Positions 1-13,199 of a stretch of 64,000 nt of DNA are shown one piece after another. The translations under genes were made by a program, and so were the position numbers. Positions within the stretch are counted from its first letter, which is position 1, and each line of letters opens with the position of its first letter. The DNA comes from Chiloscyllium plagiosum. Taxonomy: Eukaryota. Location of the stretch: the NCBI RefSeq assembly GCF_004010195.1, contig NC_057719.1, positions 94,531,674 to 94,595,673 of the forward strand, written 5' to 3'. The notes beneath the pieces were generated by a model. That model did not search any database and was not told the DNA's origin. It worked only from the letters and a program-made list of their open reading frames with translations.

Positions 1-1603
1 CTTCCCCTATCCCAGGAAAATGACATGTCTATTTGCCCTATCCATGCCCCTTATGATTTTATAAATTCTATAAGGTGTAGATTACTACCAGTGCCACGTG
101 CTAGCCAGCGTAGAAATGAAAAAATAGGCAGGATGAACACGTGGCTTGAGAGATGGTGGAGGAGGGAGGGGGTCAGATTTGTTGGAGATGAGGACCGGTT
201 CTGGGGAAGGTAGGACTATTACAAAATGGATGATCTACATCTGAACCAGGCTGGAACCTTGCTACTGCTGTTGGGGAAGTTTTAAACTAATGTGGCAGGG
301 GGCTGGGAACAACTAGGCAGTGAGGTGGAGATTGGAGACTGTAGGAATTATGAAGATAGCATTAATAAAGGGAAGAGCAAGCAGAGAGCAGATGAGTGCA
401 AAAAAACTGGTGGCATCAAATGCATCTACTTTAATACAAGGAGTATAGTGTGTAAGGCAGATTAACTTAGGGCTAGGATTGGTGCCTGGGAGTATGATGT
501 TATTGCAATCACAGAGACTTGGTTGAAGGAAGGGCATGATGATTGGCAATTAAATGTTCCAGGATATAGATACTTCAGACAGGACAGGGAAGGAAGTAAA
601 AGGGGGGGTGGAGTTGCTTTGTTGGTCAAGAACCATATCACAGCTGTGCTAAAGGAGCACACTATGGAAGTCTTGGGTAGTGTGGCATTATGGGTGGAGC
701 TGAGAAATAAGAAAGGTGCAGTCACACTGTTAGGGTTGTAATACAGGCCTCCCAACAGTGAGTGTGAGGTAGAAGAACAAATCGGTAAACAGATTATGGA
801 AAGATGTAGAGACAATAGGATCGTGGTGAAGGGAGATTTTAACTTTCCCAATATTGACTGGGATACACTTAGTGTCAGAGGTCTGGATAGGGTAGAATTT
901 GTAACAAGCATCCAGGAGAGTTTTCTAGAGCAGTATGTCAATAGTCCGACGAGGGAAGGGGCCATATTGGACCTGGTACTGGGGAATGAGCCAGGACAGG
1001 TGGTAGAAGTTGCAGTGGGGAATTTCATTGGGAACAGTGACCATAATTCTGTAAGTTTTAGACACTTGTAGACAAAGAAGAGAGCAGACCTAAGGGAAGA
1101 GTACTAAACTGGGCCAAGGCCAATTATATCAAAATTAGGCAAGAGCTTGGAAATGTGGATTGGACACAGCCATTTGAAGAGAAGTCCACATTTGAGATTT
1201 GGGGGGCTTTCAAAGATAGGTTAAAGATAGTGCAGGATGGACACGTCCTGTTGAAGGCAAAGGACAGGAAGGGCAAGATTCGTGAGCCGTGGATGACAGG
1301 AGAAATTGTACGACTAGCCAAGAGGAAAAGGGAAGCGTACATAAGGTATAGGCAGCTAAGAACATGGCCCTGGAGGAATATCGGAAGAATAGGACAAGTC
1401 TTAAACGAGGAATCAAGCGGGCTAAAAGGGGTCATGAAATAGCTTTAGCGGGCAGTATTAAAGAAAATCCCAAAGCATTTTATTCTTGTATAAGAAGCAA
1501 GTGGGAAACTAGAGAAAGGATTGGTCCACTAAAAGATAATGAAGAAAGGCTATGTGTCGAACCTGAGAGAATGGGCGAGATTCTGAATGATTACTTTGCA
1601 TCA

Positions 1604-1864
1604 ATGAGGAGAAAGTGAGGTCTGCAGATGCTGGAGATCAGAGCTGGAAATGTGTTGCTGGAAAAGCACAGCAGGTCAGGCAGCATCCAGAGAACAGGAG
1701 AATTGACATTTCGGGCATAAGCCCTTCTTCAGGAATGAGGAAAGTTTGTCCAGCAGGCTAAGATAAAAGGTAGGGACGAGGGACTTGGGGGAGGGGCGTC
1801 GGAAATGTGATAGGTGGAAAGAGGTCAAGGTGAGGGTGATAGGTCAGACTGGAGTGGGGGCGGA
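1604..1864 (-). mobile_element. PLE terminal-repeat fragment (family 1) with degenerate hammerhead, inserted in CR1
   Basis: Reverse complement of the 24665-24925 and 50560-50789 repeat. The hammerhead-like motif lies at ~1702-1737. Confidence 0.75.
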
Positions 1865-2947
1865 GTTGACATAAGTAGGGAAGATGTGTTGGGTAGGCTA
1901 GAGGTTATTAAGGTGGACAAATCCCCAGGATCAGATGGGATCTATCCCAGGTTGCTGAGGGAGGCGAGAAAGGAAATAGCTAGGGCCCTGACAGATATCT
2001 TTGTTGCATCCTTAAATACTGGTGAGGTGCCGGAGGACTGGAGGGTTGCTCTTGTTGTCCCCCTGTACAAGGAGGGTAATAGGGATATTCCGCGTAACTA
2101 CAGACCAGTGAGCCTGACATCGGTGGTGGGAAAGTTGCTGGAGAAGGTACTGAGGGATAGGATCTATTTATATTTAGGAAAGAATGGGCCTATCAGTGAT
2201 AGACAACATCGTTTTGTGGGGGGGGAGATCATGCCTTACCAACTTAATAGAGTTCTTTGAGGAAGTGACTAAGTTGATAGATGAAGGAAGGGCTGTTGAT
2301 GTCATATACGTAGACTTTAGTAAGGCATTTGATAAGGTTCCCTAAGGTAGACTAATGGAGAAAGTGAAGTCATATGGTGTGCAGGGTGTTCTAGCTAGGT
2401 GGATAAAGAACTGGTTGAGCAACAGGAGACAGAGAGTAGTAGTTGAAGAGAGTTTCTTGAAATGGAGAAAGGTGACTAGTGGTGTACCACAGGGGTCAGT
2501 GTTGGGGCTATTATTGTTTGTAATATACCTAAATGATATGGAAGAGGGCACTGTTGGTATGATCAGCAAGGTTGCAGATGACATGAATATTGGTGGAGTA
2601 GCAGAAAGCATAAGGGACTGTCAGAGAATACAGGAGGATATAGATAGACTAGAGAGTTGGGTGGAAAAGTGGCAGATGGTTTTCAATCCAGACAAATGTG
2701 AGGTGATGCATTTCGGCAAATCTAATTCTAGAGCGAATTACAAAATGTACGGAAGAGCCTTGGGAAACGTTGATGGGCAGAGAGATCTGGGAGTGCAGAT
2801 CCATTGTACTCTGGATAGAGTGGTCAAGAAGGCATATAGTATGCTTGCCTTCATTGGACGGGGTATTGAGTATAAGAGCTGGCAAGTCATGTTAAAATTG
2901 TACAAGACATTGGTTCGGCCACATTTAGAATACTGTGTACAGTTCTG

Positions 2948-3163
2948 ATTGGATTAGATTTTTTTAGATTAGATTATAGTGTGGAAACAGGCCCTTCGGC
3001 CCAACAAGTCCACACCGACCCGCCGAAGCGCAACCCACCCATTTACCCCTTACCTAACACTATGGGCAATTTATCATGGCCAATTCACCTGACCTGCACA
3101 TCTTTGGACTGTGGGAGGAAACCGGCGCACCTGGAGGAAACCCACGCAGACACGGGGAGAACG
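2948..3163 (-). mobile_element. HE1-like SINE, 5'-truncated, inserted in CR1 ORF2
   Basis: Matches the 3' two-thirds of the SINE at 29961-30301 and has a (TTAGA)n tail on +. It splits the CR1 QFW|SPHY sequence. Confidence 0.85.
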
Positions 3164-3690
3164 TTGCCACATTACCAAAAGGATGTGGACGCTTTGGAGA
3201 GGTTGCAGAGAAGATTTATGAGGATGTTGCCTGGTATGGAAGGTGCTAGCTATGAAGAGAGGTTGAGTAGGTTATATTTATTTTCATTAGAAAAAAGGAG
3301 ATTGGGGGGGAACCTGATTGAGGTCTACAAAATCATGAAGGGGAAAGACAGGGTGGATAGAGGCAAGCTTTTTCCCAGGGTGAAGAATTCAATATCGAGA
3401 GGTCACGCTTTCAAGGTGAGAAGTGAAAAGTTTAAGGAGGATACACGCAGCAAGTACTTCACACAGAGGGTGGTGGGCATTTGGAACGTGTTGCCAGCAG
3501 AGGTGGTAGAGGCAGGCACGGTAGATTCATTTAAGATGCTTCTGGACAGATGCATGAGTAGGTGGGGAGCAGAGGGATACAGATGCTTAGGAATTGACCG
3601 ACAGGTTTAGACAGTACATTTGGATCGGCTCAGGCTTGGAGGGCCGAAGGGCCTGTTCCTGGGCTGTAAATTTTCTTTGTTCTTTGTTCT

Positions 3691-4100
3691 AGATGATCGA
3701 CAGGCTTTGGGGATTTGGGAGGTGAGTTACTTGCCACAGTATTCCTAACTTCTGATCTGCTCTTGTAGCCACTTTGTTTATGTGCTGAGTCCAACTGAGT
3801 TTCTAGTCAATGGTAACCCCAGTATATTGATAATGGAGTTTCAGTAATGGTAACAGAACTAAATGTCAAGGTGCAGTGGTTAAGTTGTCTCTTACTGGCG
3901 ATGATCATAGCTTGGCATTTGTGTGGGGTATGAATGTTACTTGCCATTTGTCAGCCCAAGCCTGGATATTGTCCAGATCTTGCATATGAACATGGACTGC
4001 TTAAGTATCTGAGGAATCGTGAATGTTGCTAAATATTATGCAATCATTGGCAAACATCCCCACTTCTGACCTTATGATGGTGGGATATATTCAATGATAA
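3691..4100 (-). mobile_element. Old LINE fragment of a second family (L2/CR1-like)
   Basis: Similar to 58440-58570. No intact ORF. Confidence 0.45.
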
Positions 4101-5249
4101 AGCATCTGTATCTTCTGGGATGAGAATTCTAAAGAGTCATAGCTCTTTGATTGACAAAGCATCTAATTTTGGTCTCAAATGATTGACCACTTATACAAGT
4201 CTTTGTATCTATTCTGTCCTGTTGAGCACCTTCAGAATCTTGTACCTTTCAGTTTGATGATCTTCAATTAAGGCAAGCAAGTTTGGGCTGAGATTACTCA
4301 ACCACTCAGCAGAACACAGTACATTCATGGCAGCAAGCAATCCACTGACCTAAAGTACATCCACATTAAGTAATTCCTCACATAGTGCATAATCCCACGA
4401 TTCCCCAATTAGCTCCATCTGCCCTCTTGATGACAATTCTCTTAAAATTTCTACAGTCTTTGCAGGCTGCTTATATCCTCCTTCAAGCTACATATTATCT
4501 GATTTTGCGTCATCAACAAACTTAAATATATTACTCTCAGTGTTTTTGTTTAAGTCAGAATTGATAGTAAATAACTGAGGTTCCAGCATTGATTTTGTAC
4601 TTTACGATTTACAGTCTCCCAAATTGAAAATGTGAACCTTTTCCTTGCACTTTGCTCCCTATATCTATTAGCTGAGTCTCCTCAATTCCATGTATCATAC
4701 ATATTAATCTTTTGTGTGGCTTCTTCTTCATTGTTTATTTTGAAAGTCCAAGTATACTGCATTTTCTAGATCCCTCTTATCTCTGACAATTCAATCCTTA
4801 AACTTAATTTTTTTCACGTGTTCTTTCCCTTTTGTAAAATCATGTTTTCTGTGTTTGGGTTTCTAATTGCATTGTGAAGACTTCCTTAAAATAGATTTCA
4901 GTATTTCTGGACAACTGATGTCAGACAAAATGTATTTGTTTCCTTGGGTTCTCTCTCCCTCATTTCTTGAAAAAATAATTAATAAGATGGAGATTCCCTC
5001 CAATATCACAAAAAATACTTGCGCCTTTTTCTTATGTCTCTCTCCCACCTGCATCCCTCTCTCCACAACTGCAATAAAAAATGTAAAATGTATTTCTTCT
5101 GATGCCATAATAATTGTGAATACCACAGAGAACCAAAGAAAAAACTGGGGTTTGGAATTGACTTTGCATTGTATGCTTTCTGTTGTAACAAACAAAATAA
5201 CGTGGCATAAAAATTCACAGAAGGGCTGGTGCATAGATTTCTCGGCTGA

Positions 5250-6360
5250 CTGAATAACAGGAACGAAAGTAAAGAATGACTAAAAAAATTAATGAAGAGG
5301 AAAAAATAGAGTATGAAAGAAAGCTAGCTGGGAATGTAAAAATAGATAGTAACAGGGGCCTGAACCTTTTACAATTTATACAAATGACTTGGGTGAAAGA
5401 ACCAAAGACAGGGTTGTTCGATTTGTTAATGATACAAAGATAAATAGAGAAGTAAGTTGTGAAGAGGGCATAAGAAGTTTACAAATGATACAGATTGGTT
5501 GAATTGGCAAAGATTTGCAAATGGAGTATGATCTGAGAAATTGTGAAACTGCCCATTTTGACAGGAAAAATATATAGAAAAGAGCATATTATTTAAATTA
5601 TGATAGGTTACAGAGCTCTAAAATTCACAGAAATTTGGTTGTCCTAGTGCAACTATCACAAAAGTCGTAAGGAAAGTTAGCAGAATGTATTGTCCGTGAA
5701 ACTGAATATGAATGTGATAAGTTATTCTTCAGTGTGCAGGACATTGGTGAATATTGCGTATTAGCCTCATTACTTAAACATATAAATACATTGAGAGCAT
5801 TTCAGAGCTTTACCAGATTAATAGCTGGAATGGGTTGTGATGGAATGCTGGATATGCTAGGTTTAGATCCGCTAGAGTTCAGAAGAGTAAGAGGTGACTT
5901 GATTGACACACTCAGCATTGTGTATGTTTCAATGCAGAAATGATGTTTCTACTTGAGGGAACATCTAGAATTAGGAGTAATTTAAAGACCATAAGACATA
6001 GGAGCAGAATGAACCCATTTGGCCCATTGAGTTTGCTGCACCATTCAGTTATGGTTGATATGTTTCTCATCGCTATTTTCCTACCTTCTTTCCATAATGT
6101 AAGGAGTCTTTCCATTGAGATGAATGAAAAGTTATTTCTCAGAATGTTTTTTTCTCTTTCGAACTTCCTTCCTAAAAAGGTGGTGGAAAGAGAGCTTTTG
6201 AATATTTTTAAGGTGAACATAGATATATTCATGCCATGCAAGTGGGTAAAAGATAATTGGGACTGGTTGAGCGTGTCACGTTGAGGTGCAATCAGATTAG
6301 CTGTGACTTTATTGAGAAGATGCAGTGGGCCAATTGGTCTATTTCTACACCTAACATATA
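5250..6360 (+). mobile_element. Heavily decayed CR1 3' half
   Basis: Remnants of NDL, DDTKI and LEFRRVRGDLI, plus a CR1-like 3' UTR. Confidence 0.6.
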
Positions 6361-6785
6361 TTTTCATATGAGAAAACCCACTGATCTTGAATTCAAGTGA
6401 GCTAGCTTAGAAAAATGGCTGTTCACCTGTTTGTGTTGAAGTTGTGATTTTGTTTTCTGTGTGATGCTTCATACTGGTGCAGTACAATCGGGTCTCTGTT
6501 TCAGAACAGAGCCCAACAGGCCAACAGAGACTGTCATCTACGACTTAAAAAAAAATAACGGTAAGGTTCAAATGCCTTCAGTATGGTCAGGAGGAGTATC
6601 ATTATCCAGAATTTGTAGTTATAATGAGGATGAAACTGTCAGTGCTGTTGGCAATGCTGTAGAAAACTGACACGAATTTATGATTCTCAAATGTAAGCAG
6701 AAAATGTGAGGGATGTTGTGCTCAGCCCTAGGATGCGCCATTAGAACCTTCATATGTAGAATCATTGGGAATAATTATTTACTAT

Positions 6786-7491
6786 TGTTATGACACAGGG
6801 TAAACCCTTCTGTTTAATTTAAAGCCAGCCACACAAAAAAGATTTATCCCGTGCAGTAATCTGTAAAAATTCGAGTGGCCAAGAATGATTTAAAATAAAA
6901 TTATCAACTTTATTTCTTAACGTATAACAGGGAATATTTAGCTAACAGCTAAGTACAAGTCCTTAGTCTAGCCTATCATTTACCTTCCCTTCTATAATAG
7001 TAGTCCAATAAAACTCCCAATTAAGATTTATAAAACAACAGTTCTTATCTCAAAACTAGGCAGCTGTAGGTTCTTGTCTTCGGATCTTCCTGTGTCTTCT
7101 TTTCTCCTTGTTAGGAATTTCTGCGTTACAGGTTACTGATCGAAAAGGGACTTTTAAGAGATTTTTTTCAAGCAGTCTGTTACATGCTAGGACTTGACAG
7201 TCCTCCTCCCAACTGTTCAATTTTCCCCCAGTCTTATACACCAGGGTATCGGATTGTGTCATTGGTTTTTAAGATTGTCAATATACTCAATTCAAACTTG
7301 ATTGGAATTTTTTTTGGGATATAATTTAAACTGATTGGCTGAATTCAAATTTATTTTTGTCTCCAGGCAATGAACTACTCCAGTTGTTTGGCCCAGTGTT
7401 ACATTGTTGTCTTATTGAGAACACTTGGTGGTGTGTCCGGTAGTTCTGCTGCTTTTAGTTCTCTTAAAGGTACACCCACATCTTCATAACA
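6786..7491 (-). repeat. 3' LTR of the Gmr1-like element
   Basis: Direct repeat of 12002-12710 with TG...CA termini. It is followed on + by the C-run at 7492-7516 (PPT on -). Confidence 0.92.
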
Positions 7492-7692
7492 CTCCCCCCC
7501 CCCCCCCCCCCCCCCACCACAAGAAAAAATGGGAACCATCATAATGAAAAGATGGCTTCTTTGTTTTCTACCTTTTAAAACACATTACCCTAATAAACCA
7601 ATACCTTTCATACAAGTTCACCTTAGCTTCTTCCCATAAGCCTATATACATAAAACATTAAATGAAAACAAATCACATCTAAACTCTACCAG

Positions 7693-8057
7693 TTAAATCC
7701 GTGATAACACATCTGAGATTACATTCTTCTGACCCACAACATGTATGATTTTTAAATTAAAAGTCTGTAACATAGGACTGTAACGAATAAGTTTCATATT
7801 CTTATCTTTAAAACGTTCTAAGAATGTAAGCGGATTATATTCAGTGTACACAATCATCTCCACCACATTGTTCATAACCAACTGGCAGTTCGGTCCCATC
7901 CTCATTTTCCTGTAGGAGTATAGCTCCAACTCCAATGTCACTAGCATCAATGGCAACTTTAAAAGGTTTTGGAAAGTTTGGTGTAGCTAAAACTGGTTTG
8001 ATGGTTAATATCGATTTCAAAGGGTTGAATGCCTCCTGGCATGGTTCTGTTCACCAA
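7693..8057 (-). pseudogene. RT connection / RNase H C-terminus of the Gypsy pol
   Basis: CQEAFNPLKSILTIKPVLATPNFPKPFKVAIDASDIGVGAILLQE, then VYTEYNPLTFL...NVISDVLSRI*. Pol ends in RNase H. Confidence 0.85.
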
Positions 8058-9620
8058 AACATAGAACATAGAACACAGAACAGTACAGCACAGAACAGGC
8101 CCTTCAGCCCACGATATTGTGCCGACCACTGATCCTCATGTTTCTGTGACCATATGCATGTCCAGTAGTCTCTTAAATGTCTCCAATGACCTTGCTTCCA
8201 CAACTGCTGCTGGCAACGCATTCCATGCTCTCACAACTCTCTGTGTATAGAACCCGCCTCTGACATCCCCTCTATACTTTCCTCAAACCAGCTTAAAACT
8301 ATGACCCCTCATGTTAGTCATTTCTACCCTGGGAAATAGTCTCTGGCTATCGACTCTATCTATGCCTCTCATTATCTTGTATACCTCAATTAGGTCCCTC
8401 TCCCTCCTCCTTTTCTCCAATGAAAAAAGTCCGAGCTCAGTCAACCTCTCTTCATAAGATAAGCCCTCCAGTCCAGGCAGCATCCTGGTAAACCTCCTCT
8501 GAACCCTCTCCAAAGCATCCACATCTTTCCTATAACAGGGCGACCAGAACTGGACGCAGTATTCCAAGTGCAGTCTAACCAAAGTTTTATAGAGCTGCAA
8601 AAGATCTCACGACTCTTAAACTCAATACCCCTGTTANNNNNNNNNNNNNNNNNNNNNNNNNNNNNNNNNNNNNNNNNNNNNNNNNNNNNNNNNNNNNNNN
8701 NNNNNNNNNNNNNNNNNNNNNNNNNNNNNNNNNNNNNNNNNNNNNNNNNNNNNNNNNNNNNNNNNNNNNNNNNNNNNNNNNNNNNNNNNNNNNNNNNNNN
8801 NNNNNNNNNNNNNNNNNNNNNNNNNNNNNNNNNNNNNNNNNNNNNNNNNNNNNNNNNNNNNNNNNNNNNNNNNNNNNNNNNNNNNNNNNNNNNNNNNNNN
8901 NNNNNNNNNNNNNNNNNNNNNNNNNNNNNNNNNNNNNNNNNNNNNNNNNNNNNNNNNNNNNNNNNNNNNNNNNNNNNNNNNNNNNNNNNNNNNNNNNNNN
9001 NNNNNNNNNNNNNNNNNNNNNNNNNNNNNNNNNNNNNNNNNNNNNNNNNNNNNNNNNNNNNNNNNNNNNNNNNNNNNNNNNNNNNNNNNNNNNNNNNNNN
9101 NNNNNNNNNNNNNNNNNNNNNNNNNNNNNNNNNNNNNNNNNNNNNNNNNNNNNNNNNNNNNNNNNNNNNNNNNNNNNNNNNNNNNNNNNNNNNNNNNAAT
9201 TTTTGACAAAATTTTCAGCACATCAGCTTTCTCTATCTCTATCCATTCCAGCATGCACACCTGTTCTTCAAAGGTTTCATTCACTACAAAGTTTGTTTCT
9301 TTAGTTAAGACAGAAGCAAAAAACTCATTTAGGGCTTCCCCTACCTCCTCAGACTCCACACACAAATTCCCTATGCTATCCCTGATCGGCCCTACTCTTT
9401 CTTTGACCATTCTCTTATTCCTCACATAAGTGTAAAATGCCTTTGTGTTCTCCCTAATCCGTTCTGTCAAGCCTTTCTCGTGCCTCCTCCTGGCTCTCCT
9501 CAGACCATTTTTGAGCTCCTTCCTTGCCTGCCTGTAATCCTCTAGAGCTGAGCTTGACCCTAGCTTCCTCCACCTTATGTAAGCTACCTTTTTCCTTTTG
9601 ATGAGACGCTCCACATCCTT
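8058..9620 (-). mobile_element. 5'-truncated CR1 LINE nested in the Gypsy pol; contains N-gap 8637-9197
   Basis: ORFs 8283-8600 and 8634-9626 are CR1 ORF2 pieces. The (TTCTATG)n-type tail is at 8058-8085. Confidence 0.88.
8637..9197. other. Assembly gap (other gaps at 22310-22478, 23821-23853, 48277-48313)
   Basis: Runs of N. Confidence 0.99.
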
Positions 9621-11830
9621 GTGCATTCCAGGCCAATGAAAATGTTTTTGTATCTTAGCCTGAGTCTTTCGTAATCCTAGGTGACAGGTAGTTCACGTGC
9701 TACCTGTAACACTTCCTGTCTGTATGCTACCAGCAACACAATCTGGTGAACTTTGGCCCATTTCCCCTCTGGACTAACCTGCCTTGGTCTCCATTTTCGT
9801 CTGAGGACTCTATCTTTCAGATAATAAACCTCCGGAATATTGTCTGCATCCTTTTCAGAGTACGCATCCATATATATACCTTTTATCACCTTGTCTTGCA
9901 GTTATAAGTCTCTTAACCTTTCATGACTAAATACTTCTGTCTAACCCTCTGCCTGTTCAGATTTTTCCCACACCATTACATCAAACAGGGTATTTGCTAA
10001 CTGAATCTCAACTTCTTCATCCTTCTCTTTCCTCTTCACTCGGTGCTGTGACTTATGATAGTGGGATCTGGTTACCACTATCTTGAGAAAATACCAGGTT
10101 ATTTCTGTTTTAACTCCTCAGTTTCTTGGTCTTCCCTGGGCTTCTCCACAACAAGGGGTGTCATTCCCACCTTGGATCCTGCCAAATCCTTCCCAAGAAC
10201 AAACTGAATTCTTGGAACTGACACTCTGTCAATCACTCTCACTGTAACTTCCCAATCTTGAGTTGTTACTCCAACCTGATCTTACATAGGGGAATGCAAA
10301 ATTTCTGTCGATCTATCCCACAAATTACCACACTCTCGGGTAACAGATCAGAAAGAGTGTATATTCGCTCATCTGTTACTATCTACGACTGGTTAGATCT
10401 TGTATCTCTCAAAATTATAACTTCTTGGCCTTCTCCCCCTGTTCTTTCTGAGTGAACTTTAGCCACAGAGGCGATTTCTTTGTAGAGATCAGGTACTAAC
10501 CCCATACCCAGCTCCTGCCTCGGCTGTGCACTCTCCTGCAGCTCCTCGGCTCTTCTTGGGGGTCTCCTTTACTACCTTCACTAATGCCACTGGCTTAGCT
10601 TCTTTTACCATATCTTTTCCATATCTTTTTTTAATGACCCGCACTGTGTCTTTATATGTCCCACTTTACCACAATGGAAACACCTGAGGCCTTTCACCTC
10701 CTTTCTACCTGCTTGGGCTTCCTTTTTATCCTGTGGTAAGATCTTCCCAGTGCTCTCTACTCTTGGTTTAGTCGTGTAGGATCTCCCTTTCTCCTAATTT
10801 CTATCCCTCACAGGATGAAATTCTGGTCGGAACCTTCTCTTATGCACCAGCATGTACTCATTTGCTAATTCTGCTGCTCTTCTCATTTCCTGAACTTTCT
10901 GCTCCTCCATGTGAATTCTTACCATCTCTGGAAGTGAGTTTTTAAACTCCTCCAGCAGAATAATCTCTCTGAGACCTTCAAATGTCCTGACTATTTTCAA
11001 AGCATGCACCCATCGATCAACATGACTATGTTTAATTCTTTCAAACTCAACATAAGTCTAACCTGGTTCCTTCTTTGTGTTTCTGAACCGCTGTCTATAC
11101 GCTTCTGGGATCAATTCGTAAGCACTCAAAATAGCTTATTTGACCTCTTCATAATCTGTTGACACCTCATCTGACAGCACAGCAAATACCTCACTAGCTC
11201 TGCCCACCAGTTTAGTCTGAACTAGCATTACCAATACACCCTCAGATTAGTCTGAACTAGCATTACCAATACACCCTCAGACCACTCCATCTACCTCGTC
11301 AATTTTTCGAATGAAATAAAGAAAGCTTCAACATCTTTCTCATCAAAATGTGGCAGAGTTTTGACATATTTATACATATCACTACCTTCTCTTTTAATCT
11401 CCATCCTGTTAACTTGACTTTGCTGACTAAGTCGCAACTTCTCAAGATCAAATTCTCTCTTTCTCTCTCTTCTCTCTATCTTTCTCTCTCCCTTTCTTCT
11501 CCCTCTATTTTCTCAGCCAAGAACCTTCTCTCTCTTTCTCTTTCTCTCTTCCTCTCTTTTTTTTGTTTATCTTCTACCTCCATTTTCCTTAATGGTAACT
11601 TAAGTTTTTCTACCTCTACTGCACTTGTCTGTTTCTTTGACACACCAAAGTGTTTGAGTAACCCCTTTACAATTTCAGCTTTTGTCCTTGGTTTAACCCA
11701 AATCTAATTTAGTTGCTAATTCTAAACGTATGGCCTTTTTCTTTCCTTCTAAACTTTCTTGGCAAATTTATGAATCACCTTCAAATCCCAGAAACTCTTT
11801 TGCAATTTTAAGAACCATTTCTCTCACTTT
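9621..11830 (-). pseudogene. Gag (coiled coil, SCAN-like capsid, CCHC knuckle), protease and integrase N-terminal zinc region; frameshifted
   Basis: LREIILLEEFKNSLP (ORF 10794-11009); LRCFHCGKVGHIKTQC at ~10641-10688; VIILRDTRS (degenerate DTG) at ~10395-10421; LGLRKTQAKIQKHFHWPGMHKDV at ~9613-9681. Confidence 0.85.
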
Positions 11831-11978
11831 TAATTTAATCAACTACAAGTCACTGAAATTAAACAAATTGTCTCACCTCGGTTTTACTTAATGATCCAGG
11901 ACACTAACCTGCAAATGTTTAAACAGCTGTGATTTTTCGTACTTCCAGATCGATTCAAATCTGTCTAAACCAGTTCAG

Positions 11979-11998
11979 ATCCCAGACCTGAGCCCTCA
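11979..11998 (-). promoter_or_regulatory. Degenerate primer-binding site, tRNA-Pro type
   Basis: The minus strand reads TGAGGGCTCAGGTCTGGGAT just inside the 5' LTR. The canonical tRNA-Pro PBS is TGGGGGCTCGTCCGGGAT. Confidence 0.7.
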
Positions 11999-12001
11999 AA
12001 C

Positions 12002-12710
12002 TGTTATGACACAGGGTAAACCCTCCTGCTTGATTTAAAGCCAGCCTTACAGAAACGATTTATTCCGTGCAGTAATCTGTAAAAATTCGAGTGGCCAAAA
12101 ATGATTTTAAGTAAAATTAACAACTTTATTTCTTAAAGTATAACAGGCAATATTTAGCTAACAGCTAAGTACAAGTCCTTAGTCTAGCCTATCATTTAGC
12201 TTCCCTTCTATAATAGTAGTCCAATAAAACTCCCAATTAAGATTTATAAAACAACAGTGCTTATCTCAAAACCAGGCAGCTGGAGGTTCTTGTCTTCGGA
12301 TCTTCCTGTGTCGTCTTTTCTCCTTGTTTGTAATTTTTGCGTTACAGGTTACTGATCGAAAAGGTACTTTTAAGAGAGATGTTTTTTCAAGCAGTCTGTT
12401 ACATGTTTGGCAGTTCTCCTCCCAACTGTTCAATTTCCCCCCAGTCTTATACCCCAGGGTATCGGATTGTGTCATTGGTTTTTAAGATTGTCAATATACT
12501 CAATTCAAACTTGATTGGAAATTGGTATTTTTTGGGGACATAATTTAAAGTGATTGGCCAAATTCAAATTTGTTTTTGTCCCCCGGCAACGAACTGCTCA
12601 AGTTGTTCAATCCAGTGTTACATTGTAGTCTTATTGAGAACATTTGGTGCTGTGTCCGGTAGTTCTGCTGCTTTTAATTCTCTTAAAGGTACACCCACAT
12701 CTTAATAACA
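12002..12710 (-). repeat. 5' LTR of the Gmr1-like element
   Basis: Direct repeat of 6786-7491 with TG...CA termini. Confidence 0.92.
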
Positions 12711-13199
12711 CTATGAACTCCAATTATTTCTGTACTCTGTGTCCTGCAAAAAAAAATCATGAAATGCTGAGATTTCTTCAGTAAGGGTCAACTGACAATT
12801 GAATAATCTTTCCAGCCATGAAAATTTAATTTTGCCAGAAGATTCTTAATTCCTCAGCAACACATTTGAAAAGCTTGCAGAATGTAATTGTTACATTTTT
12901 CTCTTAATCCCATGTCTTCACACTTAAAGAGATTTACACATAATTTATATTCCTTGTATTTTGCATTTTGTTTTGCTATCTGATAGATTAGGCAATCAGC
13001 CTGCCTATTGTCTGTGTTTGGACACCACTGGAACGCTGTAGATAGCTCCAAATAGAACCTTGCATCAAATTTGAAAAGTAGAACCCTTAAAACGGTGAAA
13101 ACATTTTTGGCAGTTTTTTTTAAGATTAATGGAAAGTATAATCCTTCACTGTTGACTACTGTCTCTGAAACAATATATAATTCAATTGCAAAAATCAAA

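Larger units (their letters stand above)
76..3690 (+). mobile_element. CR1-clade LINE, decayed: ORF1 esterase tail plus ORF2 (APE endonuclease and RT), interrupted by a PLE repeat and a SINE
   Basis: Motifs GDFNFPNIDW, LDLVL, SDHN (endonuclease); KSPGSDGI, NYRPVSLTS, GVPQGSVLG, ADD (RT); RPHLEYCVQF. The 3' tail is ttttctttgttctttgttct. Stops and frameshifts are present. Confidence 0.93.
6786..12710 (-). mobile_element. Gmr1-like Gypsy LTR retrotransposon, decayed, with two LTRs
   Basis: Direct ~706-709 bp LTRs (TGTTA...TAACA) at 6786-7491 and 12002-12710, with a 4-bp TSD CTAT (6782-6785 and 12711-12714). A poly-G PPT on the minus strand abuts the left LTR and a tRNA-Pro-like PBS abuts the right LTR. 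The interior carries gag and pol motifs. Confidence 0.93.

Noticed and set aside
4863..5253. Opposed 123-128 aa ORFs
   Set aside because: AT-rich with no recognisable motif, lying among decayed CR1 fragments.
6506..6560. Possible small exon (tttcag ... gtaagg)
   Set aside because: The translation does not resemble the expected flanking ARHGAP42 exons and there is no other support.
8568..9626. Long ORFs of 212-330 aa
   Set aside because: Their length is inflated by N runs; the flanks are CR1 fragments.
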